Shown: one piece after another, positions 23,421 to 37,562 of the stretch | How the letters are laid out: the number at the start of each line of letters is the position of its first letter | Numbering within the stretch: position 1 is the first letter of the stretch | Assembly (NCBI RefSeq): GCF_009834535.1 | Contig: NC_045697.1 | Span: 117,740,001-117,804,000, forward strand | Length of the DNA: 64,000 nucleotides | Source: Camelus ferus | Taxonomy: Eukaryota | Direction of reading: 5' to 3' | Position numbers and translations under genes: made by a program | Notes under the pieces: generated by a model | The model's database searches: none | Told to the model about the DNA's origin: nothing | What the model saw: the letters and a program-made list of their open reading frames with translations, nothing else

Positions 23421-26400
23421 TAAGGGCGTTCCTCTCTCATGAGCACCACTGCTGTGCACACCCCTGTGTATTCTGCAGATGGGGCCATCTGGTGATCTGG
23501 ACCAGGGACCCCTCCCAGTGGTGAATTTTGAGAGGCTGACACCACCCCACCTCAAGTCAGTGTGCTTTCCATCTTCTGTGTGTGGTTCACGGAGAACTTG
23601 CACAGACTAGAAATCAGTAGGAAGTTTGGTGTGTGGACTCTTAGGACTTGGGAGGGGGGTCCCAGAAGCCTGTCCTCACCAACATGTGGAGCGGGGACTA
23701 GAGCCCTGAGGTGACTTTGTCAAGGTCACGCTCGAGGGCACCTGTGCGCAGCTGCTCCCATGCTGATATCTCTTCCTTACAGGGGACCCAAGTAGGCAAA
23801 TGGAATTCTGGCTTCAAAATCCCAGAACTTTGTATAAAAGCTTTTCTTTATGGTTTCAGGACGTTTCATGCTTTGGGGGTCTTCAGAGGAGGTGGGACTC
23901 CCTTGATCCTGAAGCATTATTTATAGGAACACTAAAGGCGACCATCTCAGAATAATCACATTAATTCAGCTGACCAGGTAATCTGCGTCATGTCTACTGT
24001 AACACTCTGTTGGGGTAGAAATCTGATAGTTTGGCAAATGACTTGAAATACTTCCTTTAGAATCGTTACTCTTATGTGTTGGGGTCTTATTTGAAGCAGG
24101 TGTCCCAGGTCCGTGGGTGGACAATGTTTATTTCCGTATTTTGGTGTGTTTATTGATGAGGTTGAAGAGAAAGGCTGACGTTGGAAAACTTGGTTCCACA
24201 GGGAGCTTTGCTTTGTTTAAGCAACTTTGAACATTTTTTACAGCAGGCTGTCTCCATGGTAAGAGTTCCATAGAAATGGGTCCATAGGTGTGGTTTGGTG
24301 AACTCTAGAGCGCACAGCCTGGGATTCCTTTGAAATGGGCTTAATAAGCAACTTTTAACTTTTATTTACCCCTATATTATATAGGATATTCTATTCTGTG
24401 GCTCAGGTTTCTCTTTCAAGTCCAGAGTGTCAAGAAATAAATTCTTAGCTGTGGCCTTGAATGGCTTGCCCAAAACAGGATTAATTTACCTTTAAAAAAA
24501 ATTGTTTGCTAAGTTCAAAATGTGAGAACCCAAGGAGCTAAAGTGATTAAAGAGGAATTATCTTAATTACACTGATCCTTAAAGCCAAGGGGTTGAGAGT
24601 GAAGTGTTTGGGTTGCATTAGCTCCTTTTACCTTTGGCTTCTGGAGAATTCGTTTTTAACGGAGTCCAGCCAGTTTTCTCGGCTACCTGCCTCCACGTCA
24701 GACACCCTGTGTGTCTTCGAGTGGCTGTTCCCAATCCCCTGGTGATGGCGCAGACTCCTCTCTGGACATCCGCCTTGTTTCTAAGCCAAACCGTCTTTGC
24801 CGGGCCGGCTTCCCTAACTTTGCTTTCTTGGTTTGGGCTTAATTCTTAATTAATTTTCAAACTGTGTATTTTTTTTTTTTTTTGTACTTGGCATTTCCCC
24901 TGTTGAAATCAAGCCATTTCTCAATCAAAGGAGGAGGCACTGTGTTGTTATAGCGTTTGGGCGGATGGAGGCGAAGCGGATGTCTGGCTGTTGGAGGGAA
25001 ACCAACATCCCCAAAGAGCACGCGGCACATCGGTGCTAAGTGTGGGGTGTAGGTCTGCGTTGCCCCGTGTCCCGGTCCACTGAGGAGAAACCACGCAAGC
25101 GCTCCCGGGAAGGGCGGCATTTGGATGCAGCCTTTGAGGGTGATCAGATGGCCTCAGGGCTGGGTTCTTAGCGGGTCTCTGGATTTGCGATGCTTCATGC
25201 CAGCTCCTCAGGAGCGCCTGTGGGCATCACACTATGCTGAGTGTTTGCAGGCAGTACCCAGTCTGTCTTTCTAACCTCCCAGTGCAGTATTTGGAAAAAC
25301 CCCGAGGCTTTACTGGCCAAGTAGCTAAGGTCACACAGCTGGTAGGTGTCTGGATCAGGGTCTGACTCCAAGCCAGGACTCAGAGCCGCATGCCCCCTCC
25401 TTCCTGAGTTAAATGGCCTAATGTTTTATGAGAACGTTGTTTGGAAACAGCAACTATTTACGAGCATCTGCTCTTTGCTAAGCTCTGCCCCAAAGCCTTA
25501 GAGAATAAGATGCAGCTCTGCCCTTGAGAAGCTGTGGCCAAGGAGGCTGGCATCTCCTGCTTCGAGCTCTGGGACTTAGTTCTGGGCCCCAGGTGCTCTG
25601 GGAAGGCGGTGGGTTTACTGCATTCAGGACTCCTCCACTGATGGACTACACAGTGGATTCTGCCTGGAAGACAAGTGCATGAAGAGTTCCCACGGTGGCG
25701 GTGGGGTGACATATTTTGAAGTGGGCTCGAGAGGGAAAGAGGGGAAGGCGGTCTAGACCAAGGGAACCGCCTGCTCCAGAGAGCAGGGGCTGGACAAGGT
25801 GCATCATGGGGGAGAGACAAGCCGGGTCCAGGGCTGAGCAGGTGCAGAGGCGGGAGGGAAGTGGAGAGGGGTCCTGGGTGTGCGCATTCAAAGGCCCTAA
25901 TGCTGTTTGCAGGGCAGCCCCCCCCCCCCAGAGTGTGCAGTTCACAGACGGCATCCGAGGAAAGGTGCTCTTCATGTTTAAGACTGAGTCAAAATCTTTC
26001 CAGTGACTTTCTGGGCAGGCTTGTAGCAGGGGTCGGCTTTGGTGTGCGCGGTTGAGACTCGGTGGCGGGGTTCCCCCCATCGTTAGGCGCGTTGGAATTT
26101 CTGAGCAGGTGCAGGGGCAGGCTGCCTGGCCTCGGTGCATCCACACTGCTCTCCATTGCCTGCTTTATGTAAACAAAGAGCTGATGACACACTGCCTTCA
26201 CAACAGGGATGGCAAGCGGAGGGAGGCTGGGGAAGGGTCAGGAGATTATGATGTAGTTAGAGTTAACATCATGAGAGCTCTTCCGTCTCCAGGAGCAGAG
26301 ACAGCAGCCTTCCTACTAGCCGGGGAAAGGATTTCAAGTTTCCTGGAAAACTGAATCCTATGATGTTAGTTTGCACTGAGTAACCCCCAGAGTCGGGGGT

Positions 26401-27389
26401 GGGGTGGGGTGGGCGGAGGGCATTCTGCTCCCTTGTACCCAATGCTGGAAATACTTCCAGATATTTAAGGAGTTGCTGTGAGTGAATTCTCTTGGAGGTG
26501 CTGTCTAGATGCCATGCCGGGTTTTGGAAGCCAGGCTCCTGGCATCCTAGGACAGACAGCCTTGTTCGTGAGCGGGCTCTATTTTAAGCTTCTCAGTGTT
26601 TGCAGGATGGAGATGTGCTTCTGAGTTTACACATGCCCAGCTGGCCACTGCACCTGCCTCCAGAATCGCTGCAGAGCTCAGAAACCATTAGCGGCAGAAG
26701 TCGGACTTCCGCGGTGCTTATCTGCTGCTGTTTCTGGCAGTTATTTTTGCTGGGTATTTACGAGGACATCTGTCTTTTAAAGAGTCATATTATTTATCTT
26801 TTTTCTTTTCCACTGAGGAATGCATCAGAGCTTGCTTCCCGCACTGCCACCCGCGTTCCTAGTCTGAGGTGAGGAGACATGCAAGTTGGGACTGGTTGTC
26901 TTATCATTTCTCTTCCTAGGGCAGCAAGTCGTGCTTAAAATCAGTGTCTTCGGAAGGAACACTAGCTTAAAAATGTGATTAAGATGTGAACAGAGGAGAA
27001 CAAAAAAAAAAAAAAATGTTCAGTTCCTTACTGGAAATTTCTTGCTGGGTTTGGAAGAAAGGGGAACCTGCAGGGTTCCTTTCTGATTTATCTTAACTTT
27101 AAACCTTGAGACAGGCCGACAGGTGGTTTATGAACACAGGAAACACAGTGACTTCCAGCATTTCCCTACTTTCCTACGGACATACACTGAAGACTCCTTC
27201 CTACTAGAGTGTGATTTCCCGTCTGATTATGCATCCGAAGGACAGAGATGGAACCCTATGAAAACAAGGAACAGAGTTGGCTCGTGTACTTCGAGGAGCA
27301 GAGATGGAGCGGGTTTTCGGGAGGCAGCTGTCCTCTGCTGGCAGTCAGTTCATGTTGTTGGTGATACAAGGTATTCGAGATTTATAGAT

Positions 27390-27587
27390 GTTAACCACTA
27401 TATATAAAAATAAATTTAAAAAAACCTGTCTTCTGTATAGCACGGGGAACTATATTCAGTATCTTGTAATAACCTTTAATGAAAAAAAATACGAAGATGG
27501 ATATACGTGTGTACGTGCATGACTGGGACATGGTGCTGTGTACCAGAAACCGACACATTGTAACTGACTGCACTTCAGTAAAAAAAG
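27390..27587 (+). mobile_element. L1 3'UTR fragment
   Basis: CTTCTGTATAGCACGGGGAACTATATTCAGTATCTTGTAATAACC...CTTCAGTAAAAAAA. Confidence 0.85.
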
Positions 27588-27987
27588 ACATTGAGGGGTT
27601 ACCTCTTGAATAAGCAGCAGTGTCTCAATACGTGTGTTTGGTGACTGCCTTTCCTTTTATTTATAAACAGAAGTGCACTCTATTTCTGGAGGCCTCCAGG
27701 AGAATGAATTGACCCTGTGATGGGAGACTAGATCTCAAAGCCCGTTTAGTGTTTTTTAGAGTTTCAGATGCAGTTTCACGTGGATTATAGTTATGTATTG
27801 TGGCTTCAACTGTATCGTTATTTTGTGTTAGTCACAAAACCATCTGACCGTTCGTAGAAAGATCGACATCGCAGGTGTTTCTCAGTGGTCAAATCTGGTC
27901 AGGATCCTGGGAGATGCTGAGAGAGCCTTAGACGCCACATTGATAAATGCTGATTCTTGAAAAAGTGGTTTTCACCTCTGTTTTCTT

Positions 27988-28232
27988 TTCTTTTCTTTGT
28001 TTTTAACATTTTTTATTGATTTATAATCATTTTACAATGTGTCAAATTCCAGTGTAGAGCACAATTTTTCAGTCATTCATGGACATATACACACTCATTG
28101 TCACATTTTTTTCTCTGTGAGCTACCATAAGATCTTGTATATATTTCCCTGTGCTATACAGTATAATCTTGTTCATCTATTCTACAATTTTGAAATCCCA
28201 TCTATCCCTTCCCGCCCTCCGCCCTCTTGGCA
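27988..28232 (-). mobile_element. Young 5'-truncated L1 3' end
   Basis: Perfect 14-bp TSD ACCTCTGTTTTCTT (27974-27987 and 28233-28246); nearly identical to the copy at 51966-52481. Confidence 0.92.
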
Positions 28233-30284
28233 ACCTCTGTTTTCTTGAGAATAGTAACTGGCTTGAAGTTCCCGGGTGTGCTCAAGAATGTAAAATTAGG
28301 GATTAAATAACCTCTGTATGTTAAAAAAAAAAAAAAAAGAAAGCACTCTTCCGGCACTTTAGAAAATGTATCTGTAATCTGTGCTGATAACTTTTAACAG
28401 GCATCGATCGGTTGGGCATGCCATTAAACTAACTGCTTCAGAATGGTTTCCTTTTAGAACTGACATTCACATCCTCGGAAATCAACCAGGGTGCCTGGAT
28501 TTCCGGTTTCCTTGCCGTGTTCCTTGGCAGTCATTTCCGAAGGGGCCAGCCTCCTGTAGCAGAACACTCAGAGGTGCAAATCTTCTGGAAGACGTGCAAA
28601 TGCCACACTTTTGCTTGAAAAATGGAAAAAAAAAATTGGACTTATTTGAATATATCTGCTGGACATTTGAAACCTGCAGAAAGCACAGGAAGTACTTTCG
28701 GGGTGTGGAAATGGGCAGGGTTTCCAAACTACAAATGTTGTTTTGAGAACGTCCCCGGTGGTGGTGAATTATATGAGACTGAGTCCGTCTAAGGGGAGCT
28801 TGTTTAACTGGCTTGTGGTCCTGGGCCCATTCAGACACTCTTAAACAAGACAAAGGGAGTGGACGTAATAACTTCTTTATGGAAAGGCCGTAAAAAGGTG
28901 CAGAACCATGTAAACAAATGGAGTCATTTACTGGATGTTTCAGTGATGGATTTGCAGCCCTGGTTCAGGGGTGTGTGTTACGTTTTATAGGATCCTCATG
29001 GTGTTCTGCCTTGAAAACGGAGTTACCAGCTTTTTCGGGGGGGGGGGGGGGTCGTGTATCTGTGTGTCTTGCTTTGGTGCATGGAGACCCCTGACTGCTG
29101 TTTCATACCGCAGTTTGAAAGCACATAAGACGTGGAGCGTTGACACTTTCCTCCACTCAGCTTTGGAGAACGGTGAGAAACCCTTGTGCGAAGTGTGGAG
29201 GTGACCTGGTTTGGGTAGCCCTCGGCTCTCTCTGTTCAAGGAAAATAAGATGATTGAAATGGAAATTTTCCTTCCGGGCTCAGACGCGTCTAAACTAATT
29301 GTAAAATAATTGTTCTGGCAGCAGGAGGAGATGCATGACTGCAACTCTGCAAAGCAGAAATCCAGCAGCAGTTATGATTTACAGTCCCTGGAGCTCTGCC
29401 CATCCTGTAATGAAACGGTGACGATGGCCAGCGTGCTGTGACATCTCTGGTCTCATCTGAGGCCTGGGTAGAAAGTCCTGCCCCAGGTGGTCCTGCTCTG
29501 GAGAGCTGCTGTGTTGCATTGGAACATTAACACGCCTCCTGCACAAGTGGGGGAGGGCTGTGCCCAAGGGGCCGGGCTGGGTGGGTGGGAAGGGGGCTCG
29601 GTAGGTTGGTGGCATCAGGTGACCCGCGGCCACGGGCGGGAGGCGGATGTCAACTTGGAGATCAAAGTGGGGAAGGAAACGGAACCCCTTCACGTCGGTC
29701 CTATCGCTTTTCTTCATCCTGTAACTTCTCTCAGTCAGGGTTGGCTCCCTTGGCCTGAAAGGAAGTGGATTGTGTAAGAAACCTCAGTAAAAATCAATGA
29801 GCCTTTCTAAGTTTTAAAAGCCGATGGCACCGTGCCGTCCTGGCAGCTTGCACGTGGTGCTGCTGGAGGTTTGGCAGCGGAAACACGGCTGCGGCTCACG
29901 GGCCTGACAAACAAGGGGGAAAGGTGGACGTACCAGTTGCTGTGGAGTTGGGGCGTGCTAGTTCACTGGTCCTTTTTATTTTTTTTTTTTAATGAATAAC
30001 TCAGGGCTGGATGGCCTTAAGTCTATGATAAGTCAGAGTCTCTGTGATGTTGAAAACAGCAATTCACAACCTGTTAACCTCCCCCATGTGGCCCAGAGCT
30101 CTGCACGGTGACATCCTCCCTGAGTGAAGCTCCCCCGATGGACGGAGGTGTCTCCCACAAGGCGATGCTCGGACCTGAGGCTTCAGGGGCTCCGCGTGAG
30201 CACGGAGGCCAGGCCCTGCTGGTTGTGATGTGGATAAAAGACAGGGTTTGGTGGGACCTAAAGAAAGGCAGGTGTATCCACGTT

Positions 30285-30459
30285 AGGGGGTGGGAAGGGG
30301 TACATGTGGGAGTTTGAGATTTGCAAACATTAACCACTAGATATCAAAACAGGTAAAAACCAGATTTCTTCTGTACAGCACAGGGAACTATATTCAATAT
30401 CTTGTAATAACCTTTAGTGGAAAAGAATATGAAAACGAATAAATGTATGTATTAAAAAA
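30285..30459 (+). mobile_element. L1 3'UTR fragment
   Basis: GGGGTGGGAAGGGG...GGGAGTTTGAGATTTGCA...CAGGGAACTATATTCAATATCTTGTAATAACC. Confidence 0.85.
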
Positions 30460-32344
30460 GTTAAGAAAAGGCTTAGATAGGCCCTGGGGGAGGCGAGTCC
30501 GGGCAGGGGACCGGGAGATGAGCAGCGGGGGTGCTGGCAGGGTCAGGGCGGGCGGAGGGGACGGGAAGGGGACCCGAGAGCCAGCGTGCAGAGTGAGGGG
30601 TCAGGGACCCACAGTCTAACGCGCGGCGCTGTGACCTGACCTCAGTGGGCGGCTGCTGGGGCAGTGAGGACTGAGCCCCCCCGGGGAGCAGCGGGGTTCA
30701 GCTTTGGGGGAAGTGAGTCCGGAGAGGATGTTTGACAAGTGAGGGAGCGATTTCAGAGGTCCCAGCAGTGCAGGCGGAGCGAGCCCTGCAGTGCGGCTTT
30801 GGTCCAGCCTCAAGTCTCACTAGTAACAGGAGAGCAGAGGTCACCAGCGTCTGGTTTTTGCAGGGTCCGTGGTCCAGAGGGAGGATGAGGTGACAGGCGT
30901 GGGGTTTGGAGACGCAGGAAACAGTGGGATTGGCAGGCGAGGACCCAGGAGTGCAGCGGTGGGAGCCAGGGTGCGGGTAGCAGTGAATATAACTACGCAG
31001 AAGAGACCGACGTGGAGAAAGGACTTGGTGCAACCTGTAAAAAGCTGCGGGACTGAAAAATGAACCAGTGGAATGCACGTGATGTGACCACTTTAATGCC
31101 TTCTATTTTCCTGGTGCTGATGCCCTGAAAAAAAATGTGCCCTCAAGTCATAAACAGTGGGCCGACAAGACGGCAGGCCCTCAGGCTCTCTGCTGGGCCG
31201 CTTTCAATCTGTTGGAAGCACCGCGCAGTTTTGTTTTGTTCTGTTTTGTTCTAACGTTAGCCTTGTAAAGCCATGGAGAAACCTGTTGGTGTCAAGTTAT
31301 GGGAGTCGTTTGCTCCGAGAGGAGAGAGCATTTCGACAGCCTCGCAAGACAGCTGTTTTCTGGGTCTGTCTGCAGAGTGGGGGCCGTGTGTGCTCCTGTC
31401 CTAGGGAACCCTTTTCTGCGTCCCTGTGACCCTTGGCAACAGGGACTTGGAATTGGTTTGCTGAAGGATCATGACCCTTGGATCCTGCTCAAAATACAAC
31501 GTGGTTTTTGTTTCTCCTGAATTTAATTGAGCAGGGGGAACCTTCCCTTGTCCCCAGACGGATGGGTCTGCAGAACTGTGGTTTCTTGCAGCTCACTCAG
31601 AAGAGATGCAGGCTTCTGAGTGACTTCGAGTATAAATTCCTTATGGTTTGGAGATGAGATAGCCCAGTCCTGTGAAGTAACTAAAACTCTAAATGTGACC
31701 AATTTGGGTCCCTGGGGTCCCTCCCCAGGGCTGCTTCTGGGTGGGGGCTTGTCCAGGGAAGGAAGTGGGGTGGAGGGGCTGGGGCCTTGCTGTGCCTGAG
31801 GGACCCAAATTCAGGGACCGGCTTCTGGTCCTTGGCCTCGGAACTCTGCGCATGGCATGGCATGGGGCCCCTGACTTCCTGTGGCTTTGGTATCTGGGCA
31901 CCTGCCATTGGCACCTCAGTCCCATTAGAGGGATACCAGTTACACACAGGTTTACAGTCTCCCCGGGCCTCATAGTTGGGCTGGATCTTAGCACTCCAAG
32001 TCGGAGAAGGCAGCCTGAAGCCAGCAGTTTTGGTCCCGTTTAAATATCATTCCTTCACAAGAATTCCTAATGCACAAGCCAAGAGTTACTGGTTAGCTGA
32101 CGCCTGAGTATTAGCGTGTCTGGTTTTAGGCAGAGTGACTGTGTCTGTAGTTCCTGCGTCTTCACCGTCATCACCCCGCGGCAGGGGCTGGCTGTCTAAA
32201 CTCTGGCAGACGTGTCCTCGCTCTGCCTTCTGCATCCGGGCCTTGTCCCCGCTCCAGCTGAGCACCTGTAGGAGTTTGATGTCAGGCAACCTCCCCGCGG
32301 TCGAGTTCTGGTTGTTGTTACTCTTGTTGAGATGGGTCTGTGCC

Positions 32345-32480
32345 CCTCAGACTTAATGTGCTTACAGAGCACTGGGGAAGCTGAGTGAATCTGTTCTGAT
32401 TTTGTGGGTCAGGGCTGGGGCCGGGGAGTTTGCATCCTAGCCAGCCCCCAGCTGGGCTGAGGACCAGACTTTGAGTTCTG
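32345..32480. mobile_element. MER5A-like hAT-Charlie fossil
   Basis: TTCTGATTTTGTGGGTCAGGGCTGGGGCC...TTTGCAT...GGACCAGACTTTGAG. Confidence 0.6.
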
Positions 32481-34002
32481 AGGGTCTCCTGAGCTTCTCG
32501 AGGTCCGCTGTGACCTCCCTCACTTTGATTATCTTTCTAATAAAAGGATTGCACAGAGCCCGTCTCTGCTCAGCACAGAGATGCCTCTGCGCCCCGTTCA
32601 TGCAGCCCTTTTAATCAAGAGGTCCGTTCAGTCCAAAAAACATCAAATGCCTTGTGTTCTGGGTACCAGGTCGCATCCTGAAAACGGATGACCAGAGTGC
32701 AGTCCTTGGGGTCCTTGATGTTAGCAGTCATGTGGCTTGTGACGCGCAGACGAGTGCTCAGATGCTCAGGGAAACCTGGGGGCTCCCTTTCCCAGCCACT
32801 AAAGGCTCCTCAGGAGGCTGTTGGGCCCGCCATGTCTTGGAGGATAAGGAGAGTTCAACAGAAAAGGAAGAGAGTTCTAAGCAGAAGGCGTTGACTTGGG
32901 AGTGAGGACACTCTATCAGATCAACTCTGGTGGGAAGTAAGATTGGAAAAGTTATTCCTTAAATATGAAGAGCTCTGTCTGACATCCTGAGGGGCGTGTT
33001 AGACCCAAGGGGTGATGCAGGGAGAAGGCTGGATTCCTCTGCACTAGCTCCAAAGATAAAGGTCTGTCTTTCCCTCCATTTTCATATTTTTACACCTACC
33101 ACAGGCCAGTAACTGTCCACTGAACGGTCAGATTTGTTTCCTGTTTGTTTGTTTTCGTGTAATTTATTTTCTGCTTTCAAAAAAAGGTGCATCGGGATGA
33201 TCATAAAGGACGGGGAAGCCAGAGGCAGGGACACCTATGCGAAGGCGTTGGTGGCAGTTCAGATGGAGGGGCAGGGGCAGAGATGGACCAGTTTGGGGGG
33301 GATGAGGGCCACGCATGATGTCTCTGTCACTTGGTGTTCACAACCAGGCCGGCCTTCCTGTTTTTCAGTCTGACATCCATACCTTCTCTAAACTCCCAGA
33401 ATAGTGCAGAATGGACCACTTTCTACTTCAGAGCCTGATCACACACCTACCTTATCGCCCGTCATTTTCAAGTGGCAGAGGTCAGAGGGTTACATGTGGA
33501 GCAGCCTGTGGCTCAGAGCCCCGCTGGCCGGCAGGTCTCCTAAGCGACATGAAAAAAGCCCGCTTGGCCCAACGCAGTGGGCTCTGTCCGTGGGGCCCTC
33601 CGGTCCCGGGGTCCCAGAGGTCCCCGTGGACGGGCTCCCCCGAAGTCAGCCGCCCTATTTCACAACCAAGGGAGGCCACCACCGTCTGCTTCTTTTTGAG
33701 GAAGTAAAAGGGGATACACTGCAGGGCCTGTCCGTCTTTCTGCTTAGACAGTGAAATCAGGGGACTGGGAGCCTCGCTCTGTGCGATAATGATGACTGCT
33801 TGGAATCTTATTTCCTCAGCGCGAGCACGGAATGTGTCGTTTCCAGGGAAATTATTTTTAAATAGGGAACTTCGCGAAACCATTGAGTGCAATCCGTGTA
33901 TTGGAAGAAGAGCATAACTCTCAAAAGTCCAGTTTTTAAGAACTTTAACTTGTTTCTGTTTTGATTGTTTCCACCTTGTGTTCTTTCTAGTTGACACACG
34001 TA

Positions 34003-34125
34003 CTTTCTTATTTTTAGTTTGTTTTTCTTTTTTTCTTTTCTCTTCTCTCTTCTTTTTTCTTTTTCCTCTTTTTTCTTTTCTTTTCTCTTTTTTCTTTTTT
34101 CTCCTTTTTCTTTACTTTTCTTTTT
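34003..34125. repeat. CT-rich polypyrimidine low-complexity tract
   Basis: About 120 nt of nearly pure T/C. Confidence 0.9.
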
Positions 34126-37100
34126 GAGATTGACAACTGTGATTTATCCCCTGGAAGGCAAACATCTTGAAACAAATTATTTTTTATAATCATTTACTAC
34201 AGTACATAACTGTAATTGTAACAGATAATTAAGTAATTATGTATAGATTATATAAGATAATAGACTATGTAAGCTACAAATGAGTAATGTACACAGAAGT
34301 AATTAATTATGTATATACTGTGTAAGATGATCAGAGAATGTCTTTTCCGCCTGGAATACAGTTGACTTTCTCAGCTCTGACCTGGATGAGACTGCAGGCA
34401 TGTTGTCTTTAGTTCTGACCTGTGGACGGACCAGCAGCAGACCCTGGAGGGGAGGGTTCAGGACTCCTGGCAGGGGGCACAGGCTCACTGAGCCAGGGTT
34501 TCCAGTGTCACAACCAGCTGCAAACCACGCCCTCTGCCCTTGACATCAGTGCGGCACCCCGACTGCACAAGGTTGTGCCCCTGTTTCTCAGTAAATCTGA
34601 GGTAAGACAAACGCGCAGGAGGCCGAGGGACCAGACTCTATTTTCACATTTTGCTCTTGGAGAGTGAATCGTCTTCACTTCTGTTGGTTCTGAAGGGCTT
34701 GCCTTTAGCAGAGGGGCACACTGGCTCTGTGCTTTCACACGTGCTGTGTTCAGGGCGGTCGCACCCTTGTCCTCTCAGGCACGGGGAGGAGACGGATGTC
34801 CTGGTTACTCGTGAGCACGGACAGCTGCTTCCATTAGGTGGTAGTTCCCAGTCTTTGCTCTATCTAGTGTTTTGTTTTCACGTGAGGAGAGGACCTGGAT
34901 TACACTAGTTTGGGGGGGAAAAAAACAGACCAGCTTATTTTTGATGAGAAGACATATTTTATGTCTTTTTATGGCAACTTTTAAAGTATTACCAGCTGGT
35001 AGACTTTTAAGAACAGTGCAAGTCCAGAAGCATTGCTGGAAGCACATCTTAGTTCTCTACTTTTACAAGACAAAGGAATCTAGTAATTTAAGTTGTAATA
35101 ACACTGTTAGGCACCCCTGCTGCCCTGTAAGTGACAAAGCTAATACAAAAGCTACAGTGGTTTTATTGGAAACAGTGTATCCCATTTGCTGGTGAGGGTG
35201 ACACTGGAGTGGGAATGCATTCTTAATGATCCTTTTGAAAGGCCTAGATTTTTGTCAGGATCCTTCTGATTCTATCCTTAGCTGAGATCTCTGGTCTAGA
35301 AAAAATGTGGACAGGAACTGGGTTACCAGATATCTTTAACAGGTTGGCTCTTCAGGAGATGGTCCCCTAAAGTCAGTGTCAAGTGAAAGTTTTTCACAAT
35401 TGGTGACAGCAAGTGACCTTCTTTTCTACAAGGGGGAAATCTTTCTCATTTATAGGAGAAAAGAAGTTTTCAAAGAGTAACTCCCCTATGAGCAATGGAA
35501 GCTTGACTATGTAAATCCTTCTTTTATGATGCAATAGAATCCAAGATATTTAAGACGTTATTTTATTTTTTCTTGAGTTCTGTAATTTAAACATTGTGCT
35601 CAAGCTCTTTTTTTGGTCGTCCAAACATTGACTATTAAGATTTCCCTTGGTGTTTCCTTAAAAAGACAAAATTCAGTATGTCCTTTCTTTGTAAGTAATT
35701 CTCTTAAAAATAGACAAAACAGACAACAAACTTTGCAATTTTTTTCAGATGAATTATTCAATCCTTTTGATCACAGATTTTTGCACTGATCTTTTGAAGA
35801 CTTATTTTGGTGCTGGGGAAAAAAAAAAAAAAACTGTAGACGTTACTCTGGGTGTTTAAGTCCTAGGCAGACTGATAGAAAAAAACCAAGGACATTTCCT
35901 TGGCTGCATATTAGAAGGTTTAGGAGGATCACTGGCTTTTGCAGTCCATCAGTGGATCAATTTGTTGAATGTTTAGTGGTAGGTCTCTGGTTTACCAGGC
36001 AAGGCCGCTGGCACTGGGAGAACTGACCTGTGCTGTTTACCTTCTCATCTAGCTGCCGAAATTGATTCTCCCATTTTGTATGCAACTTGGGTCTTTGTGC
36101 TGGAGTAGATGCTGGGGTAAATAAACAGTCATGTCTTAAAACATTAATCGATTAAGTTCCAGGGTTGTCAGTGTTTCTAGTGGATAACAAAAATACCCTT
36201 TTTTATGTGTATTTTCAATGTAGATTTAAGGAACTGAGGAACTAAAGAACTGAAGATTTCTGTTTGATTTTCTACATGGTAATTAACAGTAAACATTACA
36301 TTTCCTAAGAAACTTGACTGTATCCTCGTAAGTCTGGATGTAGTAACAAACCTATAATTTAGGCTAACTCCATCATTATTTTGTGACTTGAAATTCTTGG
36401 CTTCTGCTTGTTTCATGACTCTTTTTAAATTTTATGGAAAATACCTTATTTATTTGGGGGGGAAAAGGATGTAGGTAAAACCAGATATTTAGTAAAAGCT
36501 TTAGAAGAAAAATTGGATTATTCGAAACACCCAACATTGTGGAACCGAGCAAATTGATCCTTTTTGCCGAAATAAACTGTCTTGGGTTATAAATCGGATG
36601 TTTCTTTTCACTGTCTATTTCAAACAGGTTCTGTTACAAATAAGAGAATGTGACCGACGGTTGTCATTTCACTGTTTTGGGGAAGGAAGTCTGAAGCAGA
36701 AGAATGTGCCTAGGGCGAGGATTTGGTTTCTTTTCTGCCAGTGTAGACATTTCACTGTCACTTTCTTTGTCCCTAAAACTTATGCTTGAAATGGCCTGGA
36801 GATTTCAGATGTGGACCATTTTAGGAACCTGGGTACACTGCAGCTTTAGGAGTGACATCTTGGACCCCTGTGCGTGAGTCTGCAGCGGAAAGCAAGGACT
36901 TTCATCTTTCCAGCTGGTTGGAGATTTTGGCTCAATGGAGAAAGTGTTTCTCTGGTTAGAGTAGAACCAGAACTAAGGCTGCCTCTGGGACCCGGCAGGA
37001 GTTGCCTTCTTCCCATTGTCTTTGCCATTTGAATTGTAGTTAATAGACAAGTATCGTGACCTTGAACATGGAACCACTCAGGAGCCCTGGTTAACTTCTG

Positions 37101-37562
37101 CCCTGGGAGGCGGTCTCCCGGGGGAAAGTACCCTTTTAACAGATCATTCAGCAAGAAACAAAACCACTGAGAACCTCACAGTCCACTCAGCAGAACTGTG
37201 TGGTTGACAGTGATTTCAAAATTTTAAAAAACAATCCGATGGTGGTACACTCACAAGCAACCATATAGAAGAGCAGAAATATGTCTATTGTGTGTTCTCT
37301 TTAAACCGTCTGCATTGGTAGTGGCGGGTGCTCAGAAATTGAAAGAATGAATGAATAAATTTTACAAAGTACAAAAATGTAAGCTGCTGATTTTATCTGT
37401 GATAAAGACCTGTCAATTAACATTTCTATTTGGACATTTTGGCCAATTCTTATCAATTTTTACATTTCATAAACTTATAGTCAGCTAGCACTTCAACAAT
37501 TATAAACATTTCAGAGAGGGGGATTTTTCCAACTCAGCTGCTTTTCAAATTGTCTATTGAAC

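Noticed and set aside
26395..29051. Intronic G-run motif (26395-26413) and G15 homopolymer (29037-29051)
   Set aside because: Common in GC-rich DNA, and homopolymer length is error-prone; no supporting context.
33788..33900. ATGATGA box C-like motif suggesting an intronic C/D snoRNA
   Set aside because: No suitably placed CTGA box D or terminal stem found.
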